This document shows positions 50,494 to 64,000 of a DNA stretch of 64,000 bases, one piece after another. The notes below the pieces were generated by a model that did not search any database, was not told where the DNA came from, and saw only the letters and a program-made list of their open reading frames with translations. The position numbers were made by a program, and so were the translations under genes. Positions within the stretch are counted from its first letter, which is position 1. Every line of letters starts with the position of its first letter. This DNA is from Perna viridis (Eukaryota): the NCBI GenBank assembly GCA_037379345.1, contig CM074511.1:12834001-12898000 (forward strand), written 5' to 3'.

Positions 50494-53169
50494 TTACACT
50501 TTCAACAATTCATAGGTTTTGGAATCTATGTTTAATAGAAACTTTTAATCTCAGTAGTTTATCAGGTAATTGTCATTCAATCAAAAAAAGGCCATCACTA
50601 TCTCCTGAAATCAACAGTTTTATTCGCTGTAGAAGTAGTACAACTTTTACTATGTATACCTTTTATGGTATCAATTTTATAATAATGATTCAGATCTATA
50701 CTGTTTCTCCTTCATCTGTAGAAAACTGCTTTTGTGCTTTGATAAGTTTATCCAGGTTGGGTAATTGTGAAATTTTAAAGACTTAAAAGGATTATGAACA
50801 TTCAAAATACCTAAAATACCTTTACAAATTATGGTTATTAATTGTTGTGTAAGTAAGTCTGTTAATTGACTGGGGATTAAAATTTCTATTTTGATTTTAA
50901 CGACCTGTTTTATTAGAGTAACAGTGGTTTTAATGGTAATTCTGATTATGTTGTTAATAACCTTTTAACATGTTTAAGTTGAACACAGTCTGACAAGCAT
51001 TGCTTATATAGAATAATCTGTGTGGTACTACATAATAGTGCAGGATTGTAATGTTGGGATGCTAAGTACATGGTAAGCTTCAAATTTTAAATAGGTCATT
51101 TACATTTCAATTGATTTTTACAGTTGCATTTTTTTTTAATATTTATATTTTTTGGATTGAAAATTATGGTGCTCACAGGTTGCGAGCACAATTTATATTT
51201 AAATTTCTTATTCCCTACAAAGTATATCCTTGTTAGATCATAGGTTTACACTTCATTGGTCTATCCATCAGTAAAACTTTTTTATTTTGTAAACACTTTA
51301 ACCAAACGATTTTTTTTTCTATACAAAGACGAGTTAAAGAGTTCATTCTGAGTTTCATTTAGATTGGCTACGTTTTGTTGAAGTTATTGCTGTTTAAAAC
51401 AGGAAATCTTGCAAAATGTTCATTGAATCCTGGTTTTATAAACTTTTTTTAAAAACTTCGTCTAAATATATGCTACTTGTTATAGCAATAACATGTATAC
51501 AGTTAAGTATATATTAGATTTTGAATTCCAAGGCGGCTAATTACAACACCATCTGATTTTAAGAGACTGTCCATGTAGGTCAGGCAGATCATATGATATG
51601 GCACGGGTAGTACAGACTACATTTTATCCCACCAACCTTTTGGTTCCAATGTAAATATTTAATTAATTATAATATCAGGAAGACCATCGATTTTGTTTTG
51701 CATCAAAAGTGGATGATTCTGAATTTATGTTTGAAGTTCCCTAACTAATCAAATTTCCGTATATTTTAAATTTTGCAGTTCTTTCAATGTAATTTATTTC
51801 CTTCTTACCATTTCAGTAAATTACAACCAACATTCATTTCTTAAATAACATGAATTTCTCAGTTTGTTGGAAAAATATTTAATGAGATGATTTAGGGAAA
51901 AAACAAGATATGGAACTCTTCAGAAACATTTATATGTGTGATATATTTTAGTACTAAAGAATGCAGAACTATTACATTATGGAATAGAATTTCTTACAGT
52001 CACATTAATAACCATGTCTATTTATAGCAGGGGGTGGGGGGTTTCTCAATTGCTGCAGTATGCAGTATATGTTCCATAATAAATTTTGCAAAATTTTTAT
52101 GAATGAACATATTAATACATTGCATGTGTTTGAAGCTCACCAACGAAGTTGCTAGTTATAGTAGTTATTTTCATTCGATATCCAAGCAGAAATTTCAAGC
52201 GCAGCTAGCCACAATTCGGTTTTCAATGTTTGACAGTTTTTACAAAATTCTGGATTCTTCTATGGTCAAACTTAGCACAAATACACTTGTGATGAACTGT
52301 TGATATACATGTATTTCCATAATTTACACTTTTCTGACAGTTCAATAACATGTTGCCATTTGAGCAGACTTTATAAGTCCAAAACATATGAGAATTGTTA
52401 AATGTAGCTATTAAATCCCCATAGTGGGTGTAATGTTTACAGCATCATTATGTCAAGAAACTGTACAACAAGGATTTACTTTCATGTGAATTAAAGAACT
52501 TTGCTGAAGAAGGTATTGGTATGGCAAACTGCCTCAAGAATGATCTTATGTGTGTAGTAAACAGTTTTAGTGATTATTGATATTTCCAAGTCAAATAATG
52601 GTATTTAAAGAGCAAGAGACAAGGACATAGTTGGCATTGACAGTGAAACTGATTGAGATTACAGCTGAAAAACTCATACAATGGTTTCAATATATATTCC
52701 TCGCTAAATCAATATCAAATTTCAGTTCTTAGAAATAAAAACTTAAAACCTTAAGAACAGTTTATTTTCTTGACATATTGTACTTGTTTGAGAATTATAC
52801 ATATATGCCGTCTGTATTTCTCACTTTTTTCAACATGAAAATTTGGAATTTGGGGTATTTGTTATTATTGCCTGGATAATTTTTTTTTATTTTGGTTTTA
52901 ATTAAAAGAGTTGATGAAAAATACAATTTTAAACATGTTGGAGTGAAATATTGAAAATGATTGCATATAGCTTTAAGTGATAAAGTGTTAACTTTTATCC
53001 ACCTTCTATTGGTATTAAAGCCAGTTCACTCATATATCTGTAACAGAGAAGGCAAATTGTTTTTAATGGTTGATTGATTGATTGTTGGGGTTTAACGTCT
53101 GAGCAGCAAGATTTCAGCTATATTCAAGCGATGAACATGAAATGGATGAAAAAATGAACATGAAATGGT

Positions 53170-54085
53170 TGTGTGGTGGACATGTTTTTCAACAAATGGT
53201 CAGCATTCCAGTGGGTACAAATTGTGCTCCTTTACTTGCTGACCTATTCCTTCACTCTTATGAGGCTGTTTTTATAGCTGATCTGATACGAAAGAAAGAA
53301 TAGCATTTGGCTAAATCCTTTAATCTCAGTTTCCGCCATATAGATGATGTATTATCTTTAAACAATCCTTATTTCGTGAATTTGATACATCGCATCTACC
53401 CCAAAGAACTTGAGATGAAGGATACTACACACTGTGAATTCAGCCTCATATCTTAACCTACACTTAGAAATCGATGGTAAAGAAAAACTATTGACCAAAC
53501 TTTACGACAAACGTGATGACTTTTTATTCAGAATTGTCAACTTTCCTTTCATCTGTGGCAGCATCTCTTCAGCACCTGCATATGGAGTGTTCATATCACA
53601 ACTCATATGTTATGCCAGAGCTTGCAGATACTACACAGACTTTTTGTATCACTCTAGAACTCTAGCAAATAGGCTTCTGGAACAGGGTTATGTTGCTACA
53701 AGATTGAAGCCATCTCTACAGAAGTTTTATGGTGGTCATCATGAACTTTTGGATAGTTATGGTGTATCCATCTGCACCATGAAAATTGATTTATTCAACA
53801 GGTCATAGTTTTCCTTTCTTTGTTTGTCTTCCTCGGACTTGACTTTTTATGAGCAACTCAGCAGGTGTTTCTAGAAAAGCATAGGACGCTTACCCTACCA
53901 GTGCACCTGGTCCATGCTCCCAGTTTTTAGTGGAGTCCGAGTTGCTCATTTGCTTTTGTTACTTTGTATGTATGATTTTAGTCACTTTATGTTCTTTGTT
54001 GTGTATGTTTCCATGTCTGGTCTTTGTCCCTGGATTACATTCTTTTGATTACAGCTATAACCTTGGTTCCCTTGATTACTCTTTT
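53170..54085 (+). mobile_element. 5'-truncated, disabled Penelope-like retroelement (RT palm/thumb and 3' UTR; no C-terminal GIY-YIG)
   Basis: VFQQMVSIPVGTNCAPLLADLFLHSYE..*..FRHIDDVLSLNN..IYPKELEMKDT/frameshift/SASYLNLHLEID..TKLYDKRDDF.FRIVNFPF..AYGVFISQL. Confidence 0.9.
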
Positions 54086-56292
54086 ATGACATGAAAGAGC
54101 TTATATGTAAGGTACAAAAGTCATGTTATCCAAAAGTTGCTTTTGACAGTATCTGCTGGACAGTAAAATTTGTATTTGTAATTTCAAGTAGAGATTGCTG
54201 AAGTATCGAATAGGAGGGTTGATTAAAATTTACCAAACTACCTTTTTTTGCTGTACTATCAACACAAGGTACAGTAGACTGGCTTCATCAAAATAAAAAA
54301 ATATGTTTAGTTTCATTAATACTATCTTTTTTTATAATTTTCAGTGTTAAATAGAATCTGGTTCAATATTTCTGAATACATATTATGTTATTGGACCTGA
54401 TATATGCTTTAATTATACTACCCTTTTACATTTTATAAAATCTCAATTCATGATTTGAACATTCTTGAAAAAAAAACACTTGAGGAAAATTTGGTTCCGC
54501 AAGAGCGACAGTCCTTTCACAGTATAGTGTAACAATAGTTCAATATCTACTGGTTCTAAATATTTATTGATGGCTGATGGTCTTTTTCAGAATAGTACAA
54601 CAATAGGTTATTATTCTTGTCATCTTGTTTTGGACATTCATATTTAGTTTTATTGATGGCTGATGGTCTTTTGCTGTCCAATATAGTACACCAGTAGGTC
54701 ATTGTCTTCAGGTTTTGTATATTTTAGTTATAGTATTATTCATGGCTGATAAATTAGTCTAGACACCTTAAATGATATTGTTTTGTCATGGTTAATGAAG
54801 AGAAATAAATTCCATTTAATTGTGTTGTTATGTGGAATAAGAGTGATTCTCACATTAAATACATTAGCTTCCCAATATAAATTGCAAATCAATGATTGAG
54901 CAGAGGAGGAAATCCTGGGATGGTTTTAGTATTCCCATTCTTTAGTTATTTTTTTTTTTTATAAATTGTTGAAAGCTTTATTCAATGAAATAAAAAATGT
55001 AAGTGATGTATACTTTGACAATAGATTTAATTTAGAAACTGTGCTGTTGAGACAGCGGTAACTATGGGGAAACTATCAGCATGACGAACTGTGAAAGAAG
55101 TTTATGAGATGTGAAATATGGACGTTGTCCTTCATTGACTTAGGGGGATAATTTTCTAATTCACGACTCCTCTGAAAAAATTCAATGAAACCATCACTCA
55201 TTCTCTATCAGATGATGACATTTTGCAACTCTTTATTTTGCACTTCCAACTAATAAGATTCTGATATGGTTTTGAGAGGGGAAGCTCGGGTCTCTCCTAG
55301 TGAGGTTTGCTGACAATTTTTGCTCTTCCTTGTCTGTGAATTTACATGATTATGAAATTGGTAGAAAGCAAGTTTGCAGATTTGATAGCTGTAATTAGTG
55401 TTAAAATGGTGGCATATTGATTGAATTTACCTCCTGCCTTTTATGCCAGAAAACATGTATTTAATCAAAGATAATAAGTATCCATTGTCTGTGGTTACCA
55501 TGGCTACCGTTCCTTATTACAAAAAATGTTTATTATGAATTGCCATGTCTATATGAACTTCAAAAACAATAATGAATGAATGCTAATTAAGACATAAAAG
55601 CTCTGTGCATGGCCTACATCTTGGAAGATGATATACATCTAGATGTATTATAAAATTGAAGATGTTCAAGGCTTTATATATCATCTTGTAATGCAGTATT
55701 TGATATCTTTTGATATTTTAGATATTTAGATATTTATATGTAATTTGCTTTTTTAGATAGTGACTTTGTTGTGAAAACTTATGGAATGTTTCCTTGGTTA
55801 AAAATAGTTGCTTATGGGTTGTTGTTGAGTTGTGGCAAGCTTGCACCCTATAAGATTTTGGTGAACCATGGGCTGCCTAAAAAATCAATTAACATTCATA
55901 GTCCTTAGAAAAAAACTAAATTTGGCATTGATGATATTATTGTTGCCACAAATGGGTTGTAGTTGCTGTAATTCAAACTGCGTTAATGAAGCAATGGTGT
56001 TCTCAATATTGCAAATATTAATATCATACTTAGATCTGGAATTACAAAATTGTAAAAGATAATGCATGTTTTCACTTCATATTCTTAATAAATATGGTGA
56101 GGCAAACATAAAAATATTTTGCTTTTCTTTGAATTTACCATTACCATACTTTGAATTTACCATTACCATACTTTTCATTATTGCAGATTCAAGAACTGAC
56201 TCTGAGTCTTGGAGTATAAAGATACTACTTCATGGAAATTGCAAATAGAAATACTAAAAAAAATTTAATTTAATTTCAAAAATTATACAATC

Positions 56293-56785
56293 ATGGAAAA
56301 TGATAGAACAGAAGACCATCGGAATGAAATTAATGATACAAAACTAAAGGGAACAGTTGAAGGTGCAATTGTTGAAAATGGAATAGACAGTACCAAAGAG
56401 GGAATTAAGAATGGTGAAGCTGATTATACCCCACCGGATTCTGAAGATGAAACTTATTCCACCGATTCTGATGTTAGCCAAACAGGAAAGTCCAAAGAAA
56501 AGGAAAATAATGTAGCTAAAGACCAAACAGACAATAATACTGATGGAAAATGTAATGGTCAAGATAGAAGTTCTGTTCCTGAAAGCGAGTTGGCAAGACC
56601 TACTAGCAGCAATAATTCAACAAAACCATCAAATGGTGAAGACACTGAAGCTGGAGATAGACCTTCAAGTGTAGCTTCTGGTCAAAGTGGTGATGGTAAA
56701 CGACCTAAATCGTCAGATAGCCAAACTTCATACTCCAGTATTTCATCTGATAACAGTCAACATTCTAAAGAGCAAGAAATTGATG
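56293..56785 (+). CDS. First coding exon (exon 56187-56785) of an unidentified + strand gene; acidic/Ser-rich disordered N-terminus
   Basis: Acceptor cttttcattattgcag| at 56186, ATG in ATCATGG context, 164 open codons with RPxS repeats, donor G|GTATGA at 56786; no further exon identified in the window. Confidence 0.8.
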
Positions 56786-56848
56786 GTATGATTTCACTGT
56801 AACAAAAAATGTCATCTCATTACAGTAGTGAAATTGTCACCCCTTTTG

Positions 56849-58236
56849 TTAGCTCACCTGGCTCTAGGCCATGTGAGCTATTGCCATCACTTGGCATCCG
56901 TTGTGGTCATGGTTGTTAACAATTTCTTCAAACATCTTCTCCTGTGAAACTACTGAATGGATTTGGGTGAAACTTAAGATGATTCTTCCTTAGAGTATCC
57001 TGCACAAAATGACTATTTGGATTTTTTATCAGTTAAAAAACATGGCCACCATTACTTAAAATAGAACATAGGGGTTGGACAGCAGATTTTTGCATATATC
57101 TCCAATACCGTTAGGTTTAACCAAATTTTGATAGAGTAAAAATATTTAGCATGATGAGATCTTTCTGTGGTCAAATTTTGGTGAAAATCTGTTGACCCAT
57201 GTTGGAGTTATTGCCGTTTTTGGACGTTATTTGCTTTTTTTTATGTTTGTAGTTTAAAAAATTTTATCCTCAGAAACCACTTTCCAGAATTCAATGAAAG
57301 TTGGTATTTTTGTTTCTTAGGGTATCCTGCACAAAATCATTGTTTGGATTATTGATCAGTTGAAAAACATGGCCGCTGTTCCAAAAAATAGAACATAGAG
57401 GTCAGACAGCAGATTTTTACATATATCTCCAAAACCGTTAGGTTTTACCAAACTCTGACATGATTTAAAGTATTTAGCATGATGAGATCTATCTGCGTCC
57501 AAAATTTGGTGAAAATCTGTTGACATATCTTGGAGTTATTGCCCTTTTTGGACATTTTGTGCTGTTTTTGGTTTTATTACTTTCAAAAATCTTCTCAGAA
57601 ACTACTTTACAGAATTCAATGAAAGTTGGTATTTTTGTTTTTTAAGGTATCCTGCACAAAATCGTTGTTTGGATTTTTGATCAGTTAAAAAACATGGCTG
57701 CCATTACTAAAAATAGAACATAGAGGTCAGACAGTAGCTTTTTGCATGTATCTCCAAAACTGTTAGGTTTAGCCAATATCTTTCAGTTGCTGAAATGATC
57801 CTTGTTATAAGGCCTACAAAAGTCTCTGAGGGTTCAAAGTTGTCAGACGACTCCAAGTAAGTGTTATTGCCCTTGAGAGGTGAAAAATGACCTTTTTTAC
57901 AGTTATCAGTCAATATCTTGAAAACTATGATAGATAGAATGAAACACTGAAATGATTCTTATTATAAGGCCTACAAAAGTCTCCGAGGGTTCAAAGTTGT
58001 CAGACGAATCCATGTGGTAAGAGTTATTTCCCTTGAAAGGCAAAAAATTAAGTTTTTTAGCAGTTTTCAGTCAATATCTTGAAAAGTATAATAGCTAGAA
58101 TGAAACTGTCAATTGATGAAATGATCCTTATGATAAATCCTACTAAAGTCTTCATGGAGTCAAAATTGTTGGACAACTCCTTGTTAGAGTTATTGTCCTT
58201 GAACCAGGTGTGTGATTCAGCTGGGAGCCTCTTGTT
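56849..58236 (+). mobile_element. Third, longest copy of the HINE-like element with expanded internal arrays
   Basis: Same termini (ttagctcacctggc.. / caggtg..ctgggagcctcttgttt); ~325-bp units near 56995, 57323 and 57647, then ~160-bp units near 57790, 57947 and 58118. Confidence 0.88.
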
Positions 58237-61200
58237 TCCATTTATATTTATTTCAATGGTCTGACATGAAATTATCAAATACATACTGGTATGTAGTATA
58301 GCTGGTTTTTTCATTGCTTATGTACTGATGAATTCATTGAATAGCGATTACACTTGTCTTGCATACGTTCAAACTTGCCAAGTAAACTTTCAGATCAATT
58401 CAAGCATATTGAACTGTACGCTATATTGAGTCTTACCATTTATACATCTTTATTTGGAGAGTGAAGTTGCCTTACTGTGAAGCTTTGATTAGGTGATATG
58501 TTTGGACGGTCTGCCAAATTCATTGAACATTTATATAGAAAACTGGATGAGGGAAAGGCCATGCTTAATTCTACCCATGGACTTTGGTATTGATGCACCT
58601 TTTTTTCACAAAAAAATTTTTTATTGGATTTGAGGACTTATGAAAAAACAGTGTGAAAAATAGTTTTCATTGATATTGTCCGTTATTGACAACTTCAGAA
58701 CTATAATTTTCAGATCTGTGGTATAAACTACTTTAAAGCAATTATCATAGTACAATGTTTTAGTGTTTTTGACCTTGAACTTGGACAAAGTTAGATACAA
58801 TAGTAAGGCACATTTCATAATAAAAAATACATAGTTATTATAAAAAGTTTTGTCTGTACTTTTGTGTTTTGTCCAAGGGAGATAATTCATTTCTCCTTTT
58901 CCATTAGATGTTCACTTTGGTATTAAAATACTGTTCTGATCAGATTTAAATAAATTTATAAATTTATCAGGAATTGAATATAAGCATAAGAAAGTAATGA
59001 AAAGTGAGGCCTACAGGGAAATGAGATCTAACAGTGTGGCATGCCCCTCTCACATTTTTGTCAACATCCTCTTGTCAGCCTCCTTTACAAGAGTATTTTG
59101 TATTTTAATTTAAGAAATGTGCCCCAAACTTTCATTGTCAATAAACTCATCCACCTTTTAAAAAGGCTTATACCTGATACAGTTTTGAATTTAAAAACCT
59201 TTTTTGCATAGAAAACTGAGGCATGAACTCAATTAAAAAAACAGTGAGATAATTTGCAATTTAAACCTACATGATACACAAGTGGACCTTCATTGAAATC
59301 TCATGTAATTGAATCACAACCTTTTATTCCTCTATTGACCATTTAAAGTTTTAAATCTCTTATTTTCATAAAAGATCTGCAATCATAAAATATCTTGTGT
59401 GGTTGTGTATTTTATCAGTACATGTGAGACTTGTTATGTCAGTAAAACACATGTATTATATGGAGATATAGACTATTGAAAGATTACCTAGGGTACTAGT
59501 AAAGGTAGGCAGTAGTATGCTATCTTCTTCTCCTGACTTGGAATCGATGGCTATAAGTTGTATTATACATCAGTTTCGTTTCAAATTGATAGATGTTGAC
59601 ATGTGTATTGCATGTACTATTACATTGTTTTTTGTAATACTGAAGAAAGATATGTATTTGTTTTACTGGTAATGAGTTGAACAGTCGTTGAAAACACTAT
59701 GATCTATTTGCCTAGATGTTAAAGTTTAATTAAGAAAAGCTGTACAATGTACAAATGTACATATGTAGAATTATATTTTATACTCAAACACTAGCAATGT
59801 GGTAAACCTTCATATATGGAATGGTGAAACCATAGCTCTTTAGGTCTTTCTTTTTACCCTTTTTTGTGGGGGGGGAGTCTGCAAAAAAGAAGGGACCTTA
59901 TGAGCTGTGGTTTTGCAGCTACTTTGTATGGATGTTTCTGAATGCCCCTATCCTATAAAAAAATGTCAGGTCAAGTTGATGAATGGTCCAACTTATATGA
60001 AGGCATGGTAAGCAGGGAATGTATTAGTACATTTCATCACAGACAGAAAACTCACTTTACTATTTACCATTCCACACCATTCATCTCTATTTTAAAATCT
60101 TCTGGACCCATGCTTTCTGTTAGAAACAATTTGATCATTACAAGTCTTACATCACTAACAATAATTTTTGCATGTAATAATTTCTTAATTTACAAAAAAA
60201 TGTTATTAAAACATCTAGAGTTTTACATCTACGTAAAATAAATTTAGAATTGTATAAGTTCAACAAGAGAAGAGTATTGTGGGTCTAGAATAAGGCATTA
60301 CATATGACATAATATAAATTTAATCATTAATTCTATTGATGAATAGAGGGGAAGAGACCTCCACGTCATGCCTTTAATGCAACAAAAATACCTAATTAAG
60401 CATCAGGTTCACAGAATGGTCCTGGTAATTGGAACGTCTGTAATCAATGGCTAATTAAAGTGTTATCAGTATTGATAAAAACTTCTGGTATTAATTTTCT
60501 ATTTTATCACCTGCAAAGGTAATTACAGATAACTTGTTGTGATCATTTTGTACCATTCAAAGAAACTTGGTAAGACATTGAATGGATGTGTAAGGTAATA
60601 AATGTAATAATTTTTTTCACCCCTCTAAATGATAAGGTTATATTGTTTTCTCCTTCCATGGCAATGTATCAATGTGTTTGCTCTCAACAATGTATTTATA
60701 CCCCTTTTCTCTGCAACTTCTATATGCAGCCTGATGATATTTTGACAGAAGGATTTGATTTTAGACTCTGGCTACATCAAGATCCTTCTTGTTAACTTTG
60801 TTTCCTCATTTACACAATTATGTCTGTCATAAATTCCTCTGCAACGGCTCACCATAGCTACTTAATATTCTTTGTATAGACAAAAGTTTTCAAACCAAGC
60901 CGACATCAATTTCCTGTATGTCTACTTAAGAATTCCCTGCATTAGGACTATAGTTGTTGTGACCATAATTTGTAGGACTAATTAAGTCATGTGAATTGTT
61001 ATCAGTCTCTTTAAGAATCAGGTAGTCGATAAAACATGATATGAAATAGCCATCCATATAATTTTACTGTACCATCAATATTCGTAATATTTTGGTAATA
61101 TGAATTATAATTTCATTAAAATGCGCTGCAAATGAACATTTTCAAGGGCAGGTAGCTCTTACAAAAGCCATTAATAAATTTAAAAACATTTTAAAGGAAA

Positions 61201-63579
61201 ACTTCCTAACATAACCATTTATGCAGAGATCAAATAACTCTCATTTCATATAAAAGAAACTTCTTTGAGTAAAATTATATTGTTAGTTTATTTGGTTTTT
61301 GACATGTATTTCCCATGTTGCCTGATTCTTAAAAAACTTGTACTAAGACACACTGACAGTTACCAATGAAAAACAAAGCATGTCAAAATCTTCTACCTCT
61401 CAGACTTAAAGCATATTTTATCTCAAATTTAAATGATTCTGTCTCATTATTTAGACTAGTACATGTATAATCCATTACATGTGCATTGTACTAGTACTTT
61501 AAAAAAAGTTTTAAAAAGTTGTAATATGAAAATTTAATATCTGTAGTCCAAATGATAAATCTGATAAATTGAATTTAAGTTGAAAATGTAGATCAATAAA
61601 ATTTGTTAGTTAAGGTAATATTAAGTACATATATATCCATAACTTGGTGCCTATGTTTAATATTGAGAGATGTAAATAAGTTTATTCAAGTTCAAATAGA
61701 TAAAATCCTAATGTAAATACTATCCTATTGTATTACAAACATGAAAATAACAAAAGAATTTCAGAAATCTCCATAGATTATAAGTCTTATAATAGTGAAA
61801 AGTTGTGTTAAATATAAGGTTTTTATTCAATTAATGACATGTTATGAAATATCGTCAGAAAATTTTTGACCATTTAGTTTTGCTTTGAAGGACCAACTTT
61901 GCATAATGTAACAATTATTTTTAAAATGCACTACTTTTTCGAATAAACACGACAGTGGCAACTATCCTAGTGAAAGGCATGTTTTTTTTTCAATTATAAA
62001 TCATCTGTAAAATAATTTCTGTATATCAACTAATTTCTAGTACATTTGTATTATTAAAGAGATGTGACAAGGCATCAAAATCAAATACATTTTCTGCATA
62101 CAATAATTTTTATTCAAATGCTATTTTTGAACCAGTCAAGCTACAGCAATTTGTCAGAACAGAGTATTCTCAAACTTTTAATTATTTTTTTTTAAGTTTT
62201 GTGGCACTGAGCAATTGCGTTTTTTTTTAATGTCATAAAAAACAAAATGCTAGACTTCAGCACTGGTAAACTTGGTACATATACATATAGTATATATCAA
62301 CAGTCCTGTAGGTACTCCATTTGGACAGTACAAAATATTAAAACTTTGTCTCCTTGCAACAACATTTTGTTTAATTTTCTTAATTGAATCAGACTTTTTC
62401 CCAGGCTACATTTTTATCAAGAAATAGATGTAATATAAACTTCAGATAGATTAGGCCTTTTATGTTCCACAAAATGCTATATGCATCGTGTTATGATACC
62501 CTTTCATTTGAAAGTTATGGTTAGGTTAAAAATCAATTTACACGAAACCCATCCAATTTCAATCTATCATGCTTAAGAAATCTGTCATGTATAGAATAGC
62601 AAATTGTTAAATTAATGCATTATTTTTGTAGTCCTTTAACTTATCTGGCTCATACAAAGAACTTTCAGGATTTAAACTCTAAAATCTCTATTTCCATTCT
62701 AATTTCATCAATCTTCAATCAAATATGGTAAGATTTTATATTTTACTTGTACAATCTCAAAAATGGTAATTTTTGAATGTGCATACATGGAAAATATTGA
62801 CTGAAAGGATTATTGTGGAAATGAGAAAAAAATTGAAAAAGAATATACAAGGGGTGGATCCAGGATTTCAGATTTAGGGGAGGTTAATAGAATTAAAGGC
62901 AGACAGAAGCAAGAAAATATTTCGAGGTATAATATGTGAAAAATTTAAATTTTTTGCACACTCAAAAATAAAATGTTTATTGCTACCCCTTTGTACCTGC
63001 TACAATATCTTTTCAATTTTTTGACATTAGGTGTTACAATGATAAATAAGCATGACAAATTATCTATAAAGTATCCATTCAAAGATTGAATTTAAAATTT
63101 AAAACAGCTCTGAAAAGTTTACTTATGTCACAAGTATTTTTTGTGCTGGTACCTGCTGTCTCTCTAAGTCTAGAACAATCTAACCATTTCCATTCATTGT
63201 TTGTTTATTACCTGACTTTTCAATGTTTATATATTGACATTGCCTTTAAACCATTTAGTATATAAGTATAGTGAATCCTAATAAAAGGGATAGTCAAAAA
63301 GATTTAATGGATGTTCACTTGATGTAAAGGTACAGTCCATTAGGATTTTATATTCTTACAATATTTTAATATAATAATCCATCATTACAGGTTGTTTTAG
63401 TGGAAATTAATTTTGTTGATATGATAAGCTGTAATTTTTGTTTGATATTATTCATATTTAAATCATTTTCAGTTATTAGAAAGCACATACACGTACAGAT
63501 CCCTTAAAATTTCAAATCAATATTTATTCTATATGGTATATGCTACTACTCATAGTTTATTGGAGTCTATATTCTATGA

Positions 63580-63760
63580 GGGCGACTACTTTGTTGTACC
63601 AGTGTATAAAGTTGTTTTGGGGCCAGCTGCAGCCTGTCCTGTGGTGTGAGGGTTTCATTGTTGTTCATTAAAGACCCATGGCTGGCCTTAAGCTGATATT
63701 TTTCACCCCCCACTTGTGTTGTTGTCTCTTTGACATATTCACCATTTCAATTCTCATTAC
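63580..63760 (+). repeat. Degenerate interspersed repeat fragment
   Basis: ggggccagctg..aagacccat..tggcctt..gttgttgtctctttgacatattcaccatttcaattctc resembles, from memory, an abundant mussel repeat linked to PLE terminal repeats; unverified. Confidence 0.35.
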
Positions 63761-64000
63761 ATATATATATATACCTGCTTCTATTTTATTTCTATCCTGT
63801 TTTTCTCATTTCACTAAGAATTCCTGTCTCTTGACCCTTACCATTATTTTTTTAAGTTTATTTGCAATGAAGAGAAAAAGAAATTTACTTTATCATTTTA
63901 TAATATTTGAAATTAATGATATTTGAAATTATATTAATGTAATAAAAACTTAAATCCCCAATTTATCCAAGTAGTTATTGGTAATGTTACTGAGACTATT

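Noticed and set aside
53434-53808. 124-aa ORF as an independent gene
   Set aside because: It is the frameshifted C-terminal part of a disabled PLE reverse transcriptase
57707-63926. Short 60-100 aa ORFs downstream of the host exon (and similar ones throughout)
   Set aside because: They lie in repeats or AT-rich intron, with no splice-consistent frame and no recognisable motifs

Overview
AT-rich animal genomic DNA; the repeat families suggest a bivalve mollusc, possibly Mytilus (inference). (1) 1-7306 (+): the last 12 exons of a gene that I spliced by hand. All junctions are GT-AG and phase-consistent, giving 808 visible aa. It encodes two tandem tyrosine-kinase-like domains, both with broken catalytic motifs, plus a disordered tail. 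(2) ~8-13 kb: intergenic DNA with a decayed Penelope-like element (PLE) whose 3' region holds a degenerate twister-ribozyme fold. (3) ~13 kb to the end: T-skewed, CpG-poor DNA that looks like the long 5' introns of a second + strand gene. Its first clear coding exon is 56187-56785 and it has a candidate internal TATA/Inr promoter at ~48.7 kb. Nested antisense in this span is an intronless ORF (42067-42981) resembling a lipid-anchored A-kinase anchoring protein (AKAP): MGC start, smAKAP-like amphipathic helix, FFAT-like and LxVP-like motifs. There is also a 1.6-kb codon-periodic minisatellite with a 555-aa open frame. The rest is Helentron-type elements with internal satellite arrays, MITEs, PLE and RLE-LINE relics and local tandem repeats. 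No rRNA, tRNA or CRISPR features were seen. All homology statements are from recall, not from searches.
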